IMG/VR virus record: IMGVR_UViG_3300042539_000280 | Coordinates: 100,393 to 164,392 of that record | DNA: 64,000 nucleotides | DNA from: a virus | Strand: one strand, 5' to 3' | In this document: one piece after another, positions 29,807 to 39,250 of the stretch | Position numbering within the stretch: the stretch's first letter is position 1 | How the letters are laid out: each line of letters starts with the position of its first letter | Notes under the pieces: generated by a model | The model's database searches: none | What the model saw: only the letters and a program-made list of their open reading frames with translations | What the model was told of the DNA's origin: nothing | Made by a program: the position numbers and the translations under genes

Positions 29807-30547
29807 TTATATTTTTATATTTGTGTTATAAACGTTCCTGTCATTTCCAAAGTCAGTCAACCAATTTACTCCGGTGAGTCCAGTTTCTCTAATATCTTTA
29901 CCTTTTTGTATGACGCCGATCAGATCACCAAAATTCGATACTAATGCATATCTTCTTTTTTGTCTATCTGGTGTAATATTTATAATATCAGCAAACAAAT
30001 ACATATTTTCTTCTTTTTCTTTTAGTATGACTTCACTATATAATTTTCCCAATAAAAACATTCCAGATATACAGGTCACATCGTGACCATAGTATTCTAC
30101 ACGACAATTATGAACAATGTTCTGAATTAATCTTTCTAAGATTACGGCACCAGGTTTTGCAATCATAAAATTATTTTGAACTACTAACCCTTGTGATTGC
30201 CAATCAAAATGGGCCCTAGGAGCACAGAAGTTGTATTTTTCAAAAAACTCCATATCAATGTCTGACATCATTTGGATATGTAAATCAACATATACACCTC
30301 CATACAAATATAAAAGACATGCTCGGGCTAAGTCACATTTGAAGGCATACGGATTCAATTTTTTATAGGAAAGATAAACTTCTTCTGAGAAATTATTAAG
30401 TAGTATATCTTCTATCTCTTTTCCGGAATATAAATGATAATCTCCTGGAATACATTCTCTAACACTGTCACAACATCTTTCAGTAATTTTAGGTAAAATT
30501 TTAGGAATATTATTATCATCATTTATCAAAATTTGGTGTATTTTCAT
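29807..30547 (-). CDS. glycosyltransferase GT32 (DxD sugar-binding)
   Basis: KIHQI, DLAR.CLLYLYGGVYVDL; AT-rich insert. Confidence 0.8.
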   Translation of the reverse strand: MKIHQILINDDNNIPKILPKITERCCDSVRECIPGDYHLYSGKEIEDILLNNFSEEVYLSYKKLNPYAFKCDLARACLLYLYGGVYVDLHIQMMSDIDMEFFEKYNFCAPRAHFDWQSQGLVVQNNFMIAKPGAVILERLIQNIVHNCRVEYYGHDVTCISGMFLLGKLYSEVILKEKEENMYLFADIINITPDRQKRRYALVSNFGDLIGVIQKGKDIRETGLTGVNWLTDFGNDRNVYNTNIKI

Positions 30548-31785
30548 TATTTACCCCAGTTTTTCACCGCCAAAAAGTTTGCACGACTAAATTCCATTCT
30601 GTCAACCAATTTGACTGCATCGCCACCTGTGGACCATGCTGCCACATATCCTTCTGGTGTGGTTACTTTATAACCACCGTCGGCAGTATGTAAGAATGTG
30701 CCAAGATCATTCACCTGATTGAACTTGTGAATGAGTAGCATCTTGGCCTCTACCAATATTCTCTGTAAATCAAAAATCATTTTGAGGTGAGAAGCATGTT
30801 GACGATACCAGCGGAGAATCATATCTCTTTCTTGGATTCGCTTTTGTTTGGTAGCAGGCATCTTAGCAGTTTCTATGTGCTTGGTATATTTATCACCAAC
30901 CCACTTTATAAGTTCTGCGGTATATCCTTTACCATATGACTGACCAGCACGGACTTTCTGGTTATTGAAAGTCATAATGTCAATACGGTATGTGGAATTG
31001 GAAGCAATCTCATTGAACATGCTGGCAGGGATGGACCTGAATAGTGAACCTGCTTGTGATAGTAATGAGGTAAGTTTAGCGTTTTCGGTCTTGGTTAGTG
31101 TAGCACGACCAGTAACATCGGAGAATTTGTTTGATCTAAACCAAACGTTTCTATTCTTTCTTAGACCACTGATATCAACATCAAAGTGTGTCTGTAATGT
31201 GTCCATAGTTTTACCATAATATGATGTATGAAACACAATACCCATCTGTGCAGCCATTACCTCTTTGGCCATAGCGGAGTCTACAGGTACGGCATATGTA
31301 ATGGTGTTTGGTCTGAAAGTAATATATCTCTTACCATCAATGGTCTCTGTCTTGAGGTCAGACTTAGAGAACATAAAGTCACCGTGAATGATGCCTTTGA
31401 TACCTAGTGCAGGGAGATATTTTAGTGCCTGCGATAGTTTATCAGCAAGACCGCCAGTATGATTGGCACGAATGTCGGCCTCGGTGTAATTCAGTTTGGA
31501 ATTTTTAGCAAATATAGATTTAGAACCAACAAAGAACTTACCATTTTCAGGATTGATACCAGCATATAGTGCCGGCGCACCATCGAACTTGGTTCTAAGG
31601 ATAAGTGCCTCGGATAACAGGTCATTCTCGTCCTTGATGGCAAACATATCTTTCAATGAGATTAGAAAGTTGATTGCGTTACGGGTGCCCGCTACACCAC
31701 CTTCCAATACGGCATCTTCAATGTGAGTAAGATGACGGTCTTTTTCGGCTGCTGCTTCTTTGAGATATTGGTTGAGTCGGATCAT
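30547..31785 (-). CDS. conserved T4-like protein with ligase-superfamily nucleotidyltransferase motifs (DUF6267-like)
   Basis: CTS-like MIRLNQYLKE; KFDGAP (motif I), HGDF, PEGYV (motif IV), VKLVDR (motif V). Confidence 0.65.
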   Translation of the reverse strand: MIRLNQYLKEAAAEKDRHLTHIEDAVLEGGVAGTRNAINFLISLKDMFAIKDENDLLSEALILRTKFDGAPALYAGINPENGKFFVGSKSIFAKNSKLNYTEADIRANHTGGLADKLSQALKYLPALGIKGIIHGDFMFSKSDLKTETIDGKRYITFRPNTITYAVPVDSAMAKEVMAAQMGIVFHTSYYGKTMDTLQTHFDVDISGLRKNRNVWFRSNKFSDVTGRATLTKTENAKLTSLLSQAGSLFRSIPASMFNEIASNSTYRIDIMTFNNQKVRAGQSYGKGYTAELIKWVGDKYTKHIETAKMPATKQKRIQERDMILRWYRQHASHLKMIFDLQRILVEAKMLLIHKFNQVNDLGTFLHTADGGYKVTTPEGYVAAWSTGGDAVKLVDRMEFSRANFLAVKNWGK

Positions 31786-31786
31786 T

Positions 31787-33217
31787 TTAGACTTTCAGGT
31801 TACATTCTTTTGACAACAGTTCCTTGAACTCGTGGTCGATTGTAGCAAAAAATTGTGGTTGAGGAGAGAACTTGCCTTTATATCTAAGTTCCAAATTTAG
31901 AATATTTAGATTACCTCTTCTTAGTTTGAAGAAAACCTTGGCAGCACCTGACTCCTCGTCCTCGGCACCTTTTCTTTTGTTGGCTTCTAATGATGCCTTT
32001 CTTCTGTTAGCATCAATCTCAACAACATAATTGGACTTTTTATATTTGTTTTCAATTCTGCTTAGACCACATAGAACGGTCTTTAGTGAAATAACATTGG
32101 CAGGTGAAAATGATACGGCAGTCTTTGATACTTTACCGATACCTGTAACAAGAAAGAAAGCAAATTCATTTTCATCAATATCTTTCTTGGTAAGTTCATC
32201 ATACATTTTGGTCTTTAGAACAAGATTGATTAGAGACTCACCAAACAATGCGGCATTTCCGTCTCTATTCATAATTTCGACATATTTACCCCAAAGGGCA
32301 TTGCCTTCTTTACCAAGATCATTATTGACGAATGAACGCATAGAATTTGGATCTCTAAGTCCTGCACGGTCAACGTCATAAGGAGTTTTATCTTCCCAGA
32401 CTGCTCTTGGTGCCTTGGCCCAACCTTTGGTATTGATATATGTATCGGGGAATTTTTTAGTATCACGACCCTTTGCTTCATAGAGAAGTTCAATTTTTTT
32501 ATCTCTATCTCTCAAAGCAGCAGGCGAATAACCTTTGATATCTTTTTTATCCAAGATACCTTTAGAAATGGCCTGTTCAACCAGATTGGCAAAGTATTCT
32601 TTCTTTGCTGTATCAATTTCAGCACGAATGAGGGCAAATGAATCCTGATTTTCTTTGACGGCACCTTTGGCGTTCTTTGCTGTTCCTCTTTTCATTGTTT
32701 TAGAAACAGTCTGTGGGTTACCGGCATTTAGAACGGAGTCGAAAACTTTATTGATGATTGTTGGGTCCTGTGCCTGTGCGGCATTCTTTTTCTTTAGCGA
32801 AACGCCATAGTATTTCTTACCATACTTTAGCATAATATCGGAAGAATTATATGAGGAGAATCCGTAGGCGCTGATCTGGAATTTTTGCACCTCTTTTGGC
32901 CAAACATCACCTGTCATATAGACACCGGCAGGTGCGGCATTCTTTTGTGATGCAGGTAATACACCTTTGAAACCAATAGCACCAGATATACCTCTAGCAA
33001 GATCATCTAGTGATCCTGGAGTTGTATCTATTGTTTTGATAAAACTTGTCTTGATGGAAGGACTTCCATACTGGACACTAGAGTTTGCTATCTTTTTTAC
33101 TTGCGTTATGAACTTGGTGAGACTGTTGATATCTTTGACAGCAGCCTTCAATTCAGTAATGCTAAAGAACATTGCTGCCGCAAACATAATTTCCGATCTT
33201 TCAACTGATGCTGCCAT
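31787..33217 (-). CDS. putative PD-(D/E)xK-like endonuclease
   Basis: SSDIMLKYGKKYYGVSLKK; CTAAATA late promoter at 33247-33253. Confidence 0.45.
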   Translation of the reverse strand: MAASVERSEIMFAAAMFFSITELKAAVKDINSLTKFITQVKKIANSSVQYGSPSIKTSFIKTIDTTPGSLDDLARGISGAIGFKGVLPASQKNAAPAGVYMTGDVWPKEVQKFQISAYGFSSYNSSDIMLKYGKKYYGVSLKKKNAAQAQDPTIINKVFDSVLNAGNPQTVSKTMKRGTAKNAKGAVKENQDSFALIRAEIDTAKKEYFANLVEQAISKGILDKKDIKGYSPAALRDRDKKIELLYEAKGRDTKKFPDTYINTKGWAKAPRAVWEDKTPYDVDRAGLRDPNSMRSFVNNDLGKEGNALWGKYVEIMNRDGNAALFGESLINLVLKTKMYDELTKKDIDENEFAFFLVTGIGKVSKTAVSFSPANVISLKTVLCGLSRIENKYKKSNYVVEIDANRRKASLEANKRKGAEDEESGAAKVFFKLRRGNLNILNLELRYKGKFSPQPQFFATIDHEFKELLSKECNLKV

Positions 33218-33249
33218 AGGACCTCAATAAGAGTTTATTTCTCTTATAT

Positions 33250-34080
33250 TTAGTCGTAATTGGTAAGCAACAGTTCCAGACGTTTTGGTTGGTTCTTACG
33301 ATAGTTGGCCGAGTTTGACCGCATGGTATAGGTCAATGGAAAGTCATGCTGATTCCATTCTGGGAAACGATCTTTCACTGACTGGTCGGCATTATAAGAG
33401 ATTGCTATGTTAGCAAGTGTGGGCTTGCGACAATCAAGAGCAAATATCTCGTGACTGAATCCCTTGTGCATGTTACCCTTCTTACCATATAGATTTGAAC
33501 CAATCTCATATGGTGGATCAAGATAGATGAATGTATCGTCATCAGCACCTGACAATAGTTCCTCGTATGATACATTGGTGATCTTCCAATCTTTGATAAT
33601 CTTACCATACTCTTTTAGATCCTCGATGCCTTTCAGAGTAAAGTTACCATTAGAGGCCATCTTGGAGAATGACGAGGACTCGGTAAGACCGGAGAAAGAA
33701 CATTTATTGACAATCCAAAAGGCCTTTGCCTTTGCGAAAGGTGTTTCATCTGGATCATTTAGTATTTCTTTATTGACCTCAAATAGTATTCTGGCCTTAT
33801 CTTCGGTACTATTCTCCAGTTTGGCCTCTCTCAATTCATCCGACAACAGGGTGGGTACCTTTTGCAAATGATGCCAAAAGTTATAGAGAGGCCAGTATAG
33901 GTCATTGACCCATACGGTTTCTGGGTTATAGTTTTGAGTCATCCATAAGGCAACAGAACCGCCCCCGAGGAACGGTTCTCTATAATGCTTTACACTATCC
34001 GTTGGTGGAAAGTAAGGTGCCATTTTATTCATGGCCTTACTCTTACCACCAGGATATCTCAAAGGAGTCTTTAGTCTCAT
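33250..34080 (-). CDS. dam: Dam-like (D12 class) N6-adenine DNA methyltransferase
   Basis: LRYPGGKS, EPFLGGGS, YLDPPY. Confidence 0.9.
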   Translation of the reverse strand: MRLKTPLRYPGGKSKAMNKMAPYFPPTDSVKHYREPFLGGGSVALWMTQNYNPETVWVNDLYWPLYNFWHHLQKVPTLLSDELREAKLENSTEDKARILFEVNKEILNDPDETPFAKAKAFWIVNKCSFSGLTESSSFSKMASNGNFTLKGIEDLKEYGKIIKDWKITNVSYEELLSGADDDTFIYLDPPYEIGSNLYGKKGNMHKGFSHEIFALDCRKPTLANIAISYNADQSVKDRFPEWNQHDFPLTYTMRSNSANYRKNQPKRLELLLTNYD

Positions 34081-34751
34081 TATGCTTCCTCAATAAACTT
34101 GATTAGGTCTTCCGGCTTAACCATGATGAATTTCTCACCATTATACTTCTTTCTGATCTTCTCGGCAACTCTTTTGCTGGCCTCTTTCTCGCTTACCTGT
34201 TTCAATAAGACGGCCGAACTTTTAGTGTTGGCAACCTCTCTTTTCAAATCCTCAATCTCTTTCTCATACTTTGCCGTATTGGCAGGCCGGAAGTGTTCTT
34301 GAAATCCCAACCAAAACTCACGAGCGGCTACGTCACGGCCAATGCCCGGTGGAATAGTAATATCACCTGTTTCAATATTGACACCAACTCTACCGACTTT
34401 AGTTTCAATGGAGATAACACTTGTAGTAGATGGCTGTGCGACTGAGATTGATTGAGTTGCACTACCATATGTAAGATTGCCTGGGTTGATAGCATTGATA
34501 CTGGCAGCAGACACACTACCACTGACTGGTACCCAACCTTGTTGCGTATAGACTTTTATAAGTCCGTCATTACTATCAGACCACAAATCTCCGAAAGAAG
34601 GATTTATTGGTGCAAGGGCTCCGTTGGTATGAACAGCATAACCACCATTATTCACGGCGCCGGTTGCGCCCGTAGCACTGACAGAGGCCTGCCCGATTTG
34701 GCCGAGACCGGCACCCAAGGCACCTTTCATATTTGGAATATTGATGGCCAT
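34080..34751 (-). CDS. hypothetical protein with shared C-terminal IRKKY.G.K.IM.KPE.L.K.IE tag
   Basis: C-terminus similar to that of 35047..35634. Confidence 0.6.
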   Translation of the reverse strand: MAINIPNMKGALGAGLGQIGQASVSATGATGAVNNGGYAVHTNGALAPINPSFGDLWSDSNDGLIKVYTQQGWVPVSGSVSAASINAINPGNLTYGSATQSISVAQPSTTSVISIETKVGRVGVNIETGDITIPPGIGRDVAAREFWLGFQEHFRPANTAKYEKEIEDLKREVANTKSSAVLLKQVSEKEASKRVAEKIRKKYNGEKFIMVKPEDLIKFIEEA

Positions 34752-35050
34752 CAGTCATGTACCTCAAAAACGTGATAGAGGCGGGGACCATTCACCATCC
34801 CGATATACTCAAATGTTTTCTTTTCATAATCTTCCATTGGAACTTCTTCACAATAGATAGCGAGCCATCGTTCTTTTAATTTATGTTCTGGGTTTACAAT
34901 AGCATGAATCTGTATCTTACCACCGTCATGCGGCCATGTATGTGATACACCGATAATCTTGGCACCTTTTGGTAGGTCTACCCTGACAAAGTTGGCGGCA
35001 CCAAGGTCATCAAAAGTATCCACTTTATATCTACGAATTTCTTTTGTCAT
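34751..35050 (-). CDS. hypothetical protein (paralog of 36041..36418)
   Basis: LPKGAKIIGV ... YIG.V ... YHVFE. Confidence 0.6.
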   Translation of the reverse strand: MTKEIRRYKVDTFDDLGAANFVRVDLPKGAKIIGVSHTWPHDGGKIQIHAIVNPEHKLKERWLAIYCEEVPMEDYEKKTFEYIGMVNGPRLYHVFEVHD

Positions 35051-35634
35051 TTCATGTCCTCAATCAGTTTGGCCAGAGACTCTGGCTTTTCCATAATCAA
35101 CTTCTGACCCTTATACTTCTTACGAATAAGAGTGGCAGCATCTTTCTTTACTTCGGTTCTCACCTGTGCGGTAATAGCGTTCTCAAACTCTTTCTGTTTA
35201 TCCTGTAGTTCTTTTTCTACCTGTGATACTTCACCACTTAGGTATTTTTCTTTCAGGTCTTTCAGTGAAAAGTGACCGGGTTTATCGGGCAGCATATAAC
35301 AATCAAGAGACTCATATACTTTGGCATTGGCCTTTTTGAGGTCAGAGAACATCTTTTTCAGGACTTCTTTGTCCTTCTTTTTCTTCTCATAAATGTCATA
35401 GTATTGAACCTCTTTACTACGCTTCGGTTCAAAATGTTTACCTTCAACACCACAAATATGATCATACTTTCTGGAAATATCACAGAAAGATGTTTCATAT
35501 ATTAGATGACCTGACACGGTGCTGGTTGTGTAGTTACCGGGTCTATGACATGTGGCAAACTCATAGTGATTGAATATAGATGGGAACCAACTGGGCTTAC
35601 AATACTTACAATCTTTACATGGTAGATTGGTCAT
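35047..35634 (-). CDS. Cys-rich hypothetical protein with shared C-terminal tag
   Basis: CKDCKYC...C...C...CG.EGKHFE; C-terminal IRKKYKGQKLIMEKPESL. Confidence 0.6.
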   Translation of the reverse strand: MTNLPCKDCKYCKPSWFPSIFNHYEFATCHRPGNYTTSTVSGHLIYETSFCDISRKYDHICGVEGKHFEPKRSKEVQYYDIYEKKKKDKEVLKKMFSDLKKANAKVYESLDCYMLPDKPGHFSLKDLKEKYLSGEVSQVEKELQDKQKEFENAITAQVRTEVKKDAATLIRKKYKGQKLIMEKPESLAKLIEDMK

Positions 35635-36044
35635 CGCTTATCCCACTTTGCTGCTTTGATGCCGGCATATACCTCTACGCTATCCATAGCATAGTTTTTC
35701 ATTTCTTCAAAATAGATCATATCATTTTTTACAAGTTCATGCATTAGTTTATTCACAAGATCGGCCTTTACATTATGCATTAGTGCGGTCTTATGTGTTA
35801 CCATATTCAAATCATGATGATCTACTGTTTCCCGTGCGGTAAAGGTATATGTTTCTTCTCTACCAAAGTTTTGTAGGTCTTGTAAAGAATAGTTTGGCGT
35901 TACCGGTTTCGGCGGATTAATATCAATACCCTGGTCAATAAGATACTTCTTACAGAAGGCAACACGGGTATTCTTATCAAAACACTTTTCAGCACCACGC
36001 TCAAATAGAGACTGTGCCAGTTTTTCTTCCATTGTCTCGTTCAT
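35631..36044 (-). CDS. hypothetical protein
   Basis: ORF with ATGA coupling. Confidence 0.55.
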   Translation of the reverse strand: MNETMEEKLAQSLFERGAEKCFDKNTRVAFCKKYLIDQGIDINPPKPVTPNYSLQDLQNFGREETYTFTARETVDHHDLNMVTHKTALMHNVKADLVNKLMHELVKNDMIYFEEMKNYAMDSVEVYAGIKAAKWDKR

Positions 36045-36418
36045 TGTAACACCTCAAAGATATAGTAGTTAGAAGGAAAGAATGGACCATGTGCTGGAGT
36101 CCACCAACTCGGTTGTGTTGTTTCTACTCTTGTGATAAACCTAAAAGGTTTTTGTTGTATAGAATCCATATTTTGATATGCTGCGGTTGCTATGAAGGTA
36201 CGAACAACCGATATATCACCTTCTTCTAACATGGTCATATAGAGGTTACCACCTTCTCGACAATATACATCCAATATCTCGGAGTTCTTTTTGGTCGTTA
36301 TACCAATGGTGTATCCGTTATTGAGATTGCTTGTATGGGCCATAGGTTTTTCTATGATTTGCATTACCATGTGACCTCCATCGTTGTCTTTTTCGGACAA
36401 TATCCGAGGTTGACCCAT
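36041..36418 (-). CDS. hypothetical protein
   Basis: ends YYIFEVLQ, like 34751..35050. Confidence 0.5.
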   Translation of the reverse strand: MGQPRILSEKDNDGGHMVMQIIEKPMAHTSNLNNGYTIGITTKKNSEILDVYCREGGNLYMTMLEEGDISVVRTFIATAAYQNMDSIQQKPFRFITRVETTQPSWWTPAHGPFFPSNYYIFEVLQ

Positions 36419-36572
36419 CGTGTTATCTTACGATCCCATTCTATATCATCAGGACGAATATTCATAAAAAGAGCCCATGCTTCTGTTGCCGTCCTGGCAA
36501 AAGTATGTTCACGAGGGTACCACGGATGGTCCCCAAATTTGATAGGGCAGCAGATTACATATCCTTCGATCT

Positions 36573-36986
36573 TCATTTCACCACCTCATAATCACCATCA
36601 TCGCAAGTGTATATCGTTCTCTTTAGGCCAAACTCTGCGATTGCTCTGGCACAACCAGGACACGGCTTAGACAAACCCCATACAAACTTTTTGGTAAACG
36701 GTTTCTCTTTCTTTACTCGTGCGATATACAGGTCACACTTAGAAAGATCATCGACATCCATTTCACGCAAGGCATTCTTGATAGCAGCCACTTCCGCATG
36801 TAGGAAGATGGCATGTTCATTCTTGGAATACTTGGCTTGCATGGGATGGGATTTCATACTATTGATGCCAATAGACACGATACGGTTACGGCAAACGACA
36901 GCGGCCGCAAACTTTTCCCTTAGACCGGGATTAGCAGCAGCCACTTTCGCTAGTGTATGGAGAATACCTACGTTCACATTTTTCAT
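36573..36986 (-). CDS. cytidine/dCMP deaminase-family zinc protein
   Basis: HAE...PCPGC; upstream TTGACT-17-TATAAT promoter. Confidence 0.85.
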   Translation of the reverse strand: MKNVNVGILHTLAKVAAANPGLREKFAAAVVCRNRIVSIGINSMKSHPMQAKYSKNEHAIFLHAEVAAIKNALREMDVDDLSKCDLYIARVKKEKPFTKKFVWGLSKPCPGCARAIAEFGLKRTIYTCDDGDYEVVK

Positions 36987-37009
36987 AATATCATTATATA
37001 CGAGGGAGT

Positions 37010-37645
37010 TTAGGAAGTCAACTGAGGATACTTGTTGACTATCTTTCCTTTGACTGTAGAAACCGTGGCAGGAATGGTTCCGCCAATATCTTTACCGTCA
37101 TATCGCCACTGGATCTGGATAATTCCTACGGCACGGGCGTGCCATGCTCTCCAACCTGCGGCCTTACCGCCGTTGAATGACTGGTCATATTCAATCTCGA
37201 CCACGTCGGTATGACCTAGTAGATAGTTATATTGATTAGCAAACTTTACTCTTTGATTACCTTTAGCAGGTGCTTCAAACTTGGTAGAAGCAATAGAATC
37301 GATTTCAATTGGTGCATTGAACTCATCGCCAATATTTTGAACACCACCCCAAAAGATTTCTTTACCTTTGGTAAATGCTGTGGTTCTATACTGTGTCCAG
37401 AATTGATATGCACGGCGAGGATAGATATCGGCAGTTTCAGTTACACCTTTTTCACCGAGATAATCCATGACCCATGTGGAAGTCCACTTATTATCATGGT
37501 AATCTTCTTGATAGAAATGGCGATTGTCTCCGGAATTCCAGACCATGAATGAATATGGTTTTCCATCAGCACCATTACCAAAGTTATGAATTGATAGATA
37601 ACCTGGCGCCGGTTGTGGCCAGTAATTGCGGAATAGAAACGCCAT
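37010..37645 (-). CDS. hypothetical protein (Trp/aromatic rich)
   Basis: ORF with TAATG coupling. Confidence 0.6.
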   Translation of the reverse strand: MAFLFRNYWPQPAPGYLSIHNFGNGADGKPYSFMVWNSGDNRHFYQEDYHDNKWTSTWVMDYLGEKGVTETADIYPRRAYQFWTQYRTTAFTKGKEIFWGGVQNIGDEFNAPIEIDSIASTKFEAPAKGNQRVKFANQYNYLLGHTDVVEIEYDQSFNGGKAAGWRAWHARAVGIIQIQWRYDGKDIGGTIPATVSTVKGKIVNKYPQLTS

Positions 37646-38085
37646 TATTTTTCTCCCATAGTTGCCTTTAGCATCCAACGGTGTTTACGATGGGCCGTGA
37701 TTAGGTCTTGGACATAATTCTGCCAACCCCAGGCCTTTTGTTCACCTGCTAGTCTGTAACATTCATCAAGGCAGGCCAAGACCGTTTCATTGGCATCATA
37801 TAGATTTTTGAACATCTTTTCTGGCTTGACAATCTGTGTATCTTCTTTTATCTCTGATAACTCAATCATACGGGCCAGGGATGCTGGAGCAAAATTATCC
37901 ATTTGTCGGATATGCTCGGCAATCACATCAATCTCGTCGTGGGCACTCTCGTATAAGTCACCAAAGAACTCGTGATACTGTGGAAAGTTATCGCCGATAT
38001 AGTTCCAGTGATATGCATGTGCCTTCATATAGAACACAAACATATTACCTAATAGGACTTTTGCTCTTTCTACTACTTCATCCAT
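37645..38085 (-). CDS. dps: Dps/ferritin-like protein
   Basis: KAHAYHWN..G..F...H.FF.DLY...D.IAE.IR ferroxidase motif. Confidence 0.9.
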   Translation of the reverse strand: MDEVVERAKVLLGNMFVFYMKAHAYHWNYIGDNFPQYHEFFGDLYESAHDEIDVIAEHIRQMDNFAPASLARMIELSEIKEDTQIVKPEKMFKNLYDANETVLACLDECYRLAGEQKAWGWQNYVQDLITAHRKHRWMLKATMGEK

Positions 38086-38284
38086 CTTTTTTCTCTATGT
38101 GTTTATCCCATTTATCTATGGGACATTTGGAACTCATGAACATAGTTTTACCACTTAGAAAGCAACCACATTTACCACACTGGTTTGTAGTCTTTATATG
38201 GTGTTCGCAACTTTCACAAATCTTCATTCTTTCTAAGGAGACCCTTCTTCGACGGGCCCACACATTGTTCATTTCAATAGTCAT
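38078..38284 (-). CDS. small Cys-rich metal-binding protein
   Basis: C..C...C..CGC...KT...CP..KW. Confidence 0.65.
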   Translation of the reverse strand: MTIEMNNVWARRRRVSLERMKICESCEHHIKTTNQCGKCGCFLSGKTMFMSSKCPIDKWDKHIEKKDG

Positions 38285-38288
38285 AGAC

Positions 38289-39200
38289 CTATTTATGTTT
38301 TGCCATGTCTACGATGTTTACACCATTACCATGATCCGGTATGTCGTCGTAAGGATAATTACCATTCCATTTACTACATCTTGGTTGTGAAATACATTCT
38401 CGACAAACAGGAATATTAACTGGTTCACCATTCTTTCTGACTACCTGTCCATCATAAGAATAACCATTTTTATCCCAAGGCATGTCATTCAACCCACCTT
38501 GTTCAAAAGGTAGTCCAGCAATTTCTGTTGTTGTTATCGATTCTATCTTTTGTTTATCAATTTCGGGATATACATTTTTATGCCAAAACTCTTTGATTGA
38601 TGGTATTCTTGGGTGATTGTTAAGACCAATAAAGTTGTCACATTTAGGTGAATCTATCCACCATGCAAAAGGATTTTTATCACTATTATGAATAGCGCCT
38701 ACTGGACATGCTTTCGCACAATCATCACAACCGATACATCTATTCCATATTTTATAATTTATTCTTTTGTTTTCTGGTAAGTCTACAATATTATCCGAAA
38801 ATCTTATGACAGCAATATGACAATCAAAACCAAATTTATAACTGTAAATCAAAGAGTTTTTTGCTCTTACACCTAGTCCTGATAATATGGCAGCTTCTTT
38901 AAAATTTGTGTATACCATACAATTTGGATGTTTTTCCAAAACACCATTTGACTCCAGTATATCTAAGGCCTCATCATAGTGTGTATAATCCCATGTGTGA
39001 CCGTGTCTGATAACAACTAAAGCATTTGTTTCATATCTAAAATGAATATGGTTGCTATAATCTTCGACAAAGATATTATGTAATTTTATTTTTACAGGAT
39101 GTAAATTTGTTCTATGAAAATTCTCTGGTGTTAGAACTCCAATATCCCAATTCTGTTCATCAAATAGACTTTTGAGGTAGTTGAATGATATATCAGACAT
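38289..39200 (-). CDS. epoxyqueuosine reductase (QueG)-like 4Fe-4S protein
   Basis: AAILSGLG..AKNSL; CIGCDDCAKACPVGAI; second C...CRECI..RC cluster. Confidence 0.7.
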   Translation of the reverse strand: MSDISFNYLKSLFDEQNWDIGVLTPENFHRTNLHPVKIKLHNIFVEDYSNHIHFRYETNALVVIRHGHTWDYTHYDEALDILESNGVLEKHPNCMVYTNFKEAAILSGLGVRAKNSLIYSYKFGFDCHIAVIRFSDNIVDLPENKRINYKIWNRCIGCDDCAKACPVGAIHNSDKNPFAWWIDSPKCDNFIGLNNHPRIPSIKEFWHKNVYPEIDKQKIESITTTEIAGLPFEQGGLNDMPWDKNGYSYDGQVVRKNGEPVNIPVCRECISQPRCSKWNGNYPYDDIPDHGNGVNIVDMAKHK

Positions 39201-39214
39201 TCATAATCCATTAC

Positions 39215-39245
39215 AAAAAAGAGCGGAGATTTCTCTCCGCCCTCT
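39215..39245 (-). terminator. rho-independent terminator
   Basis: AGAGGGCGGAGA-GAAA-TCTCCGCTC followed by TTTTTT on the minus strand. Confidence 0.8.
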
Positions 39246-39250
39246 ATTTA

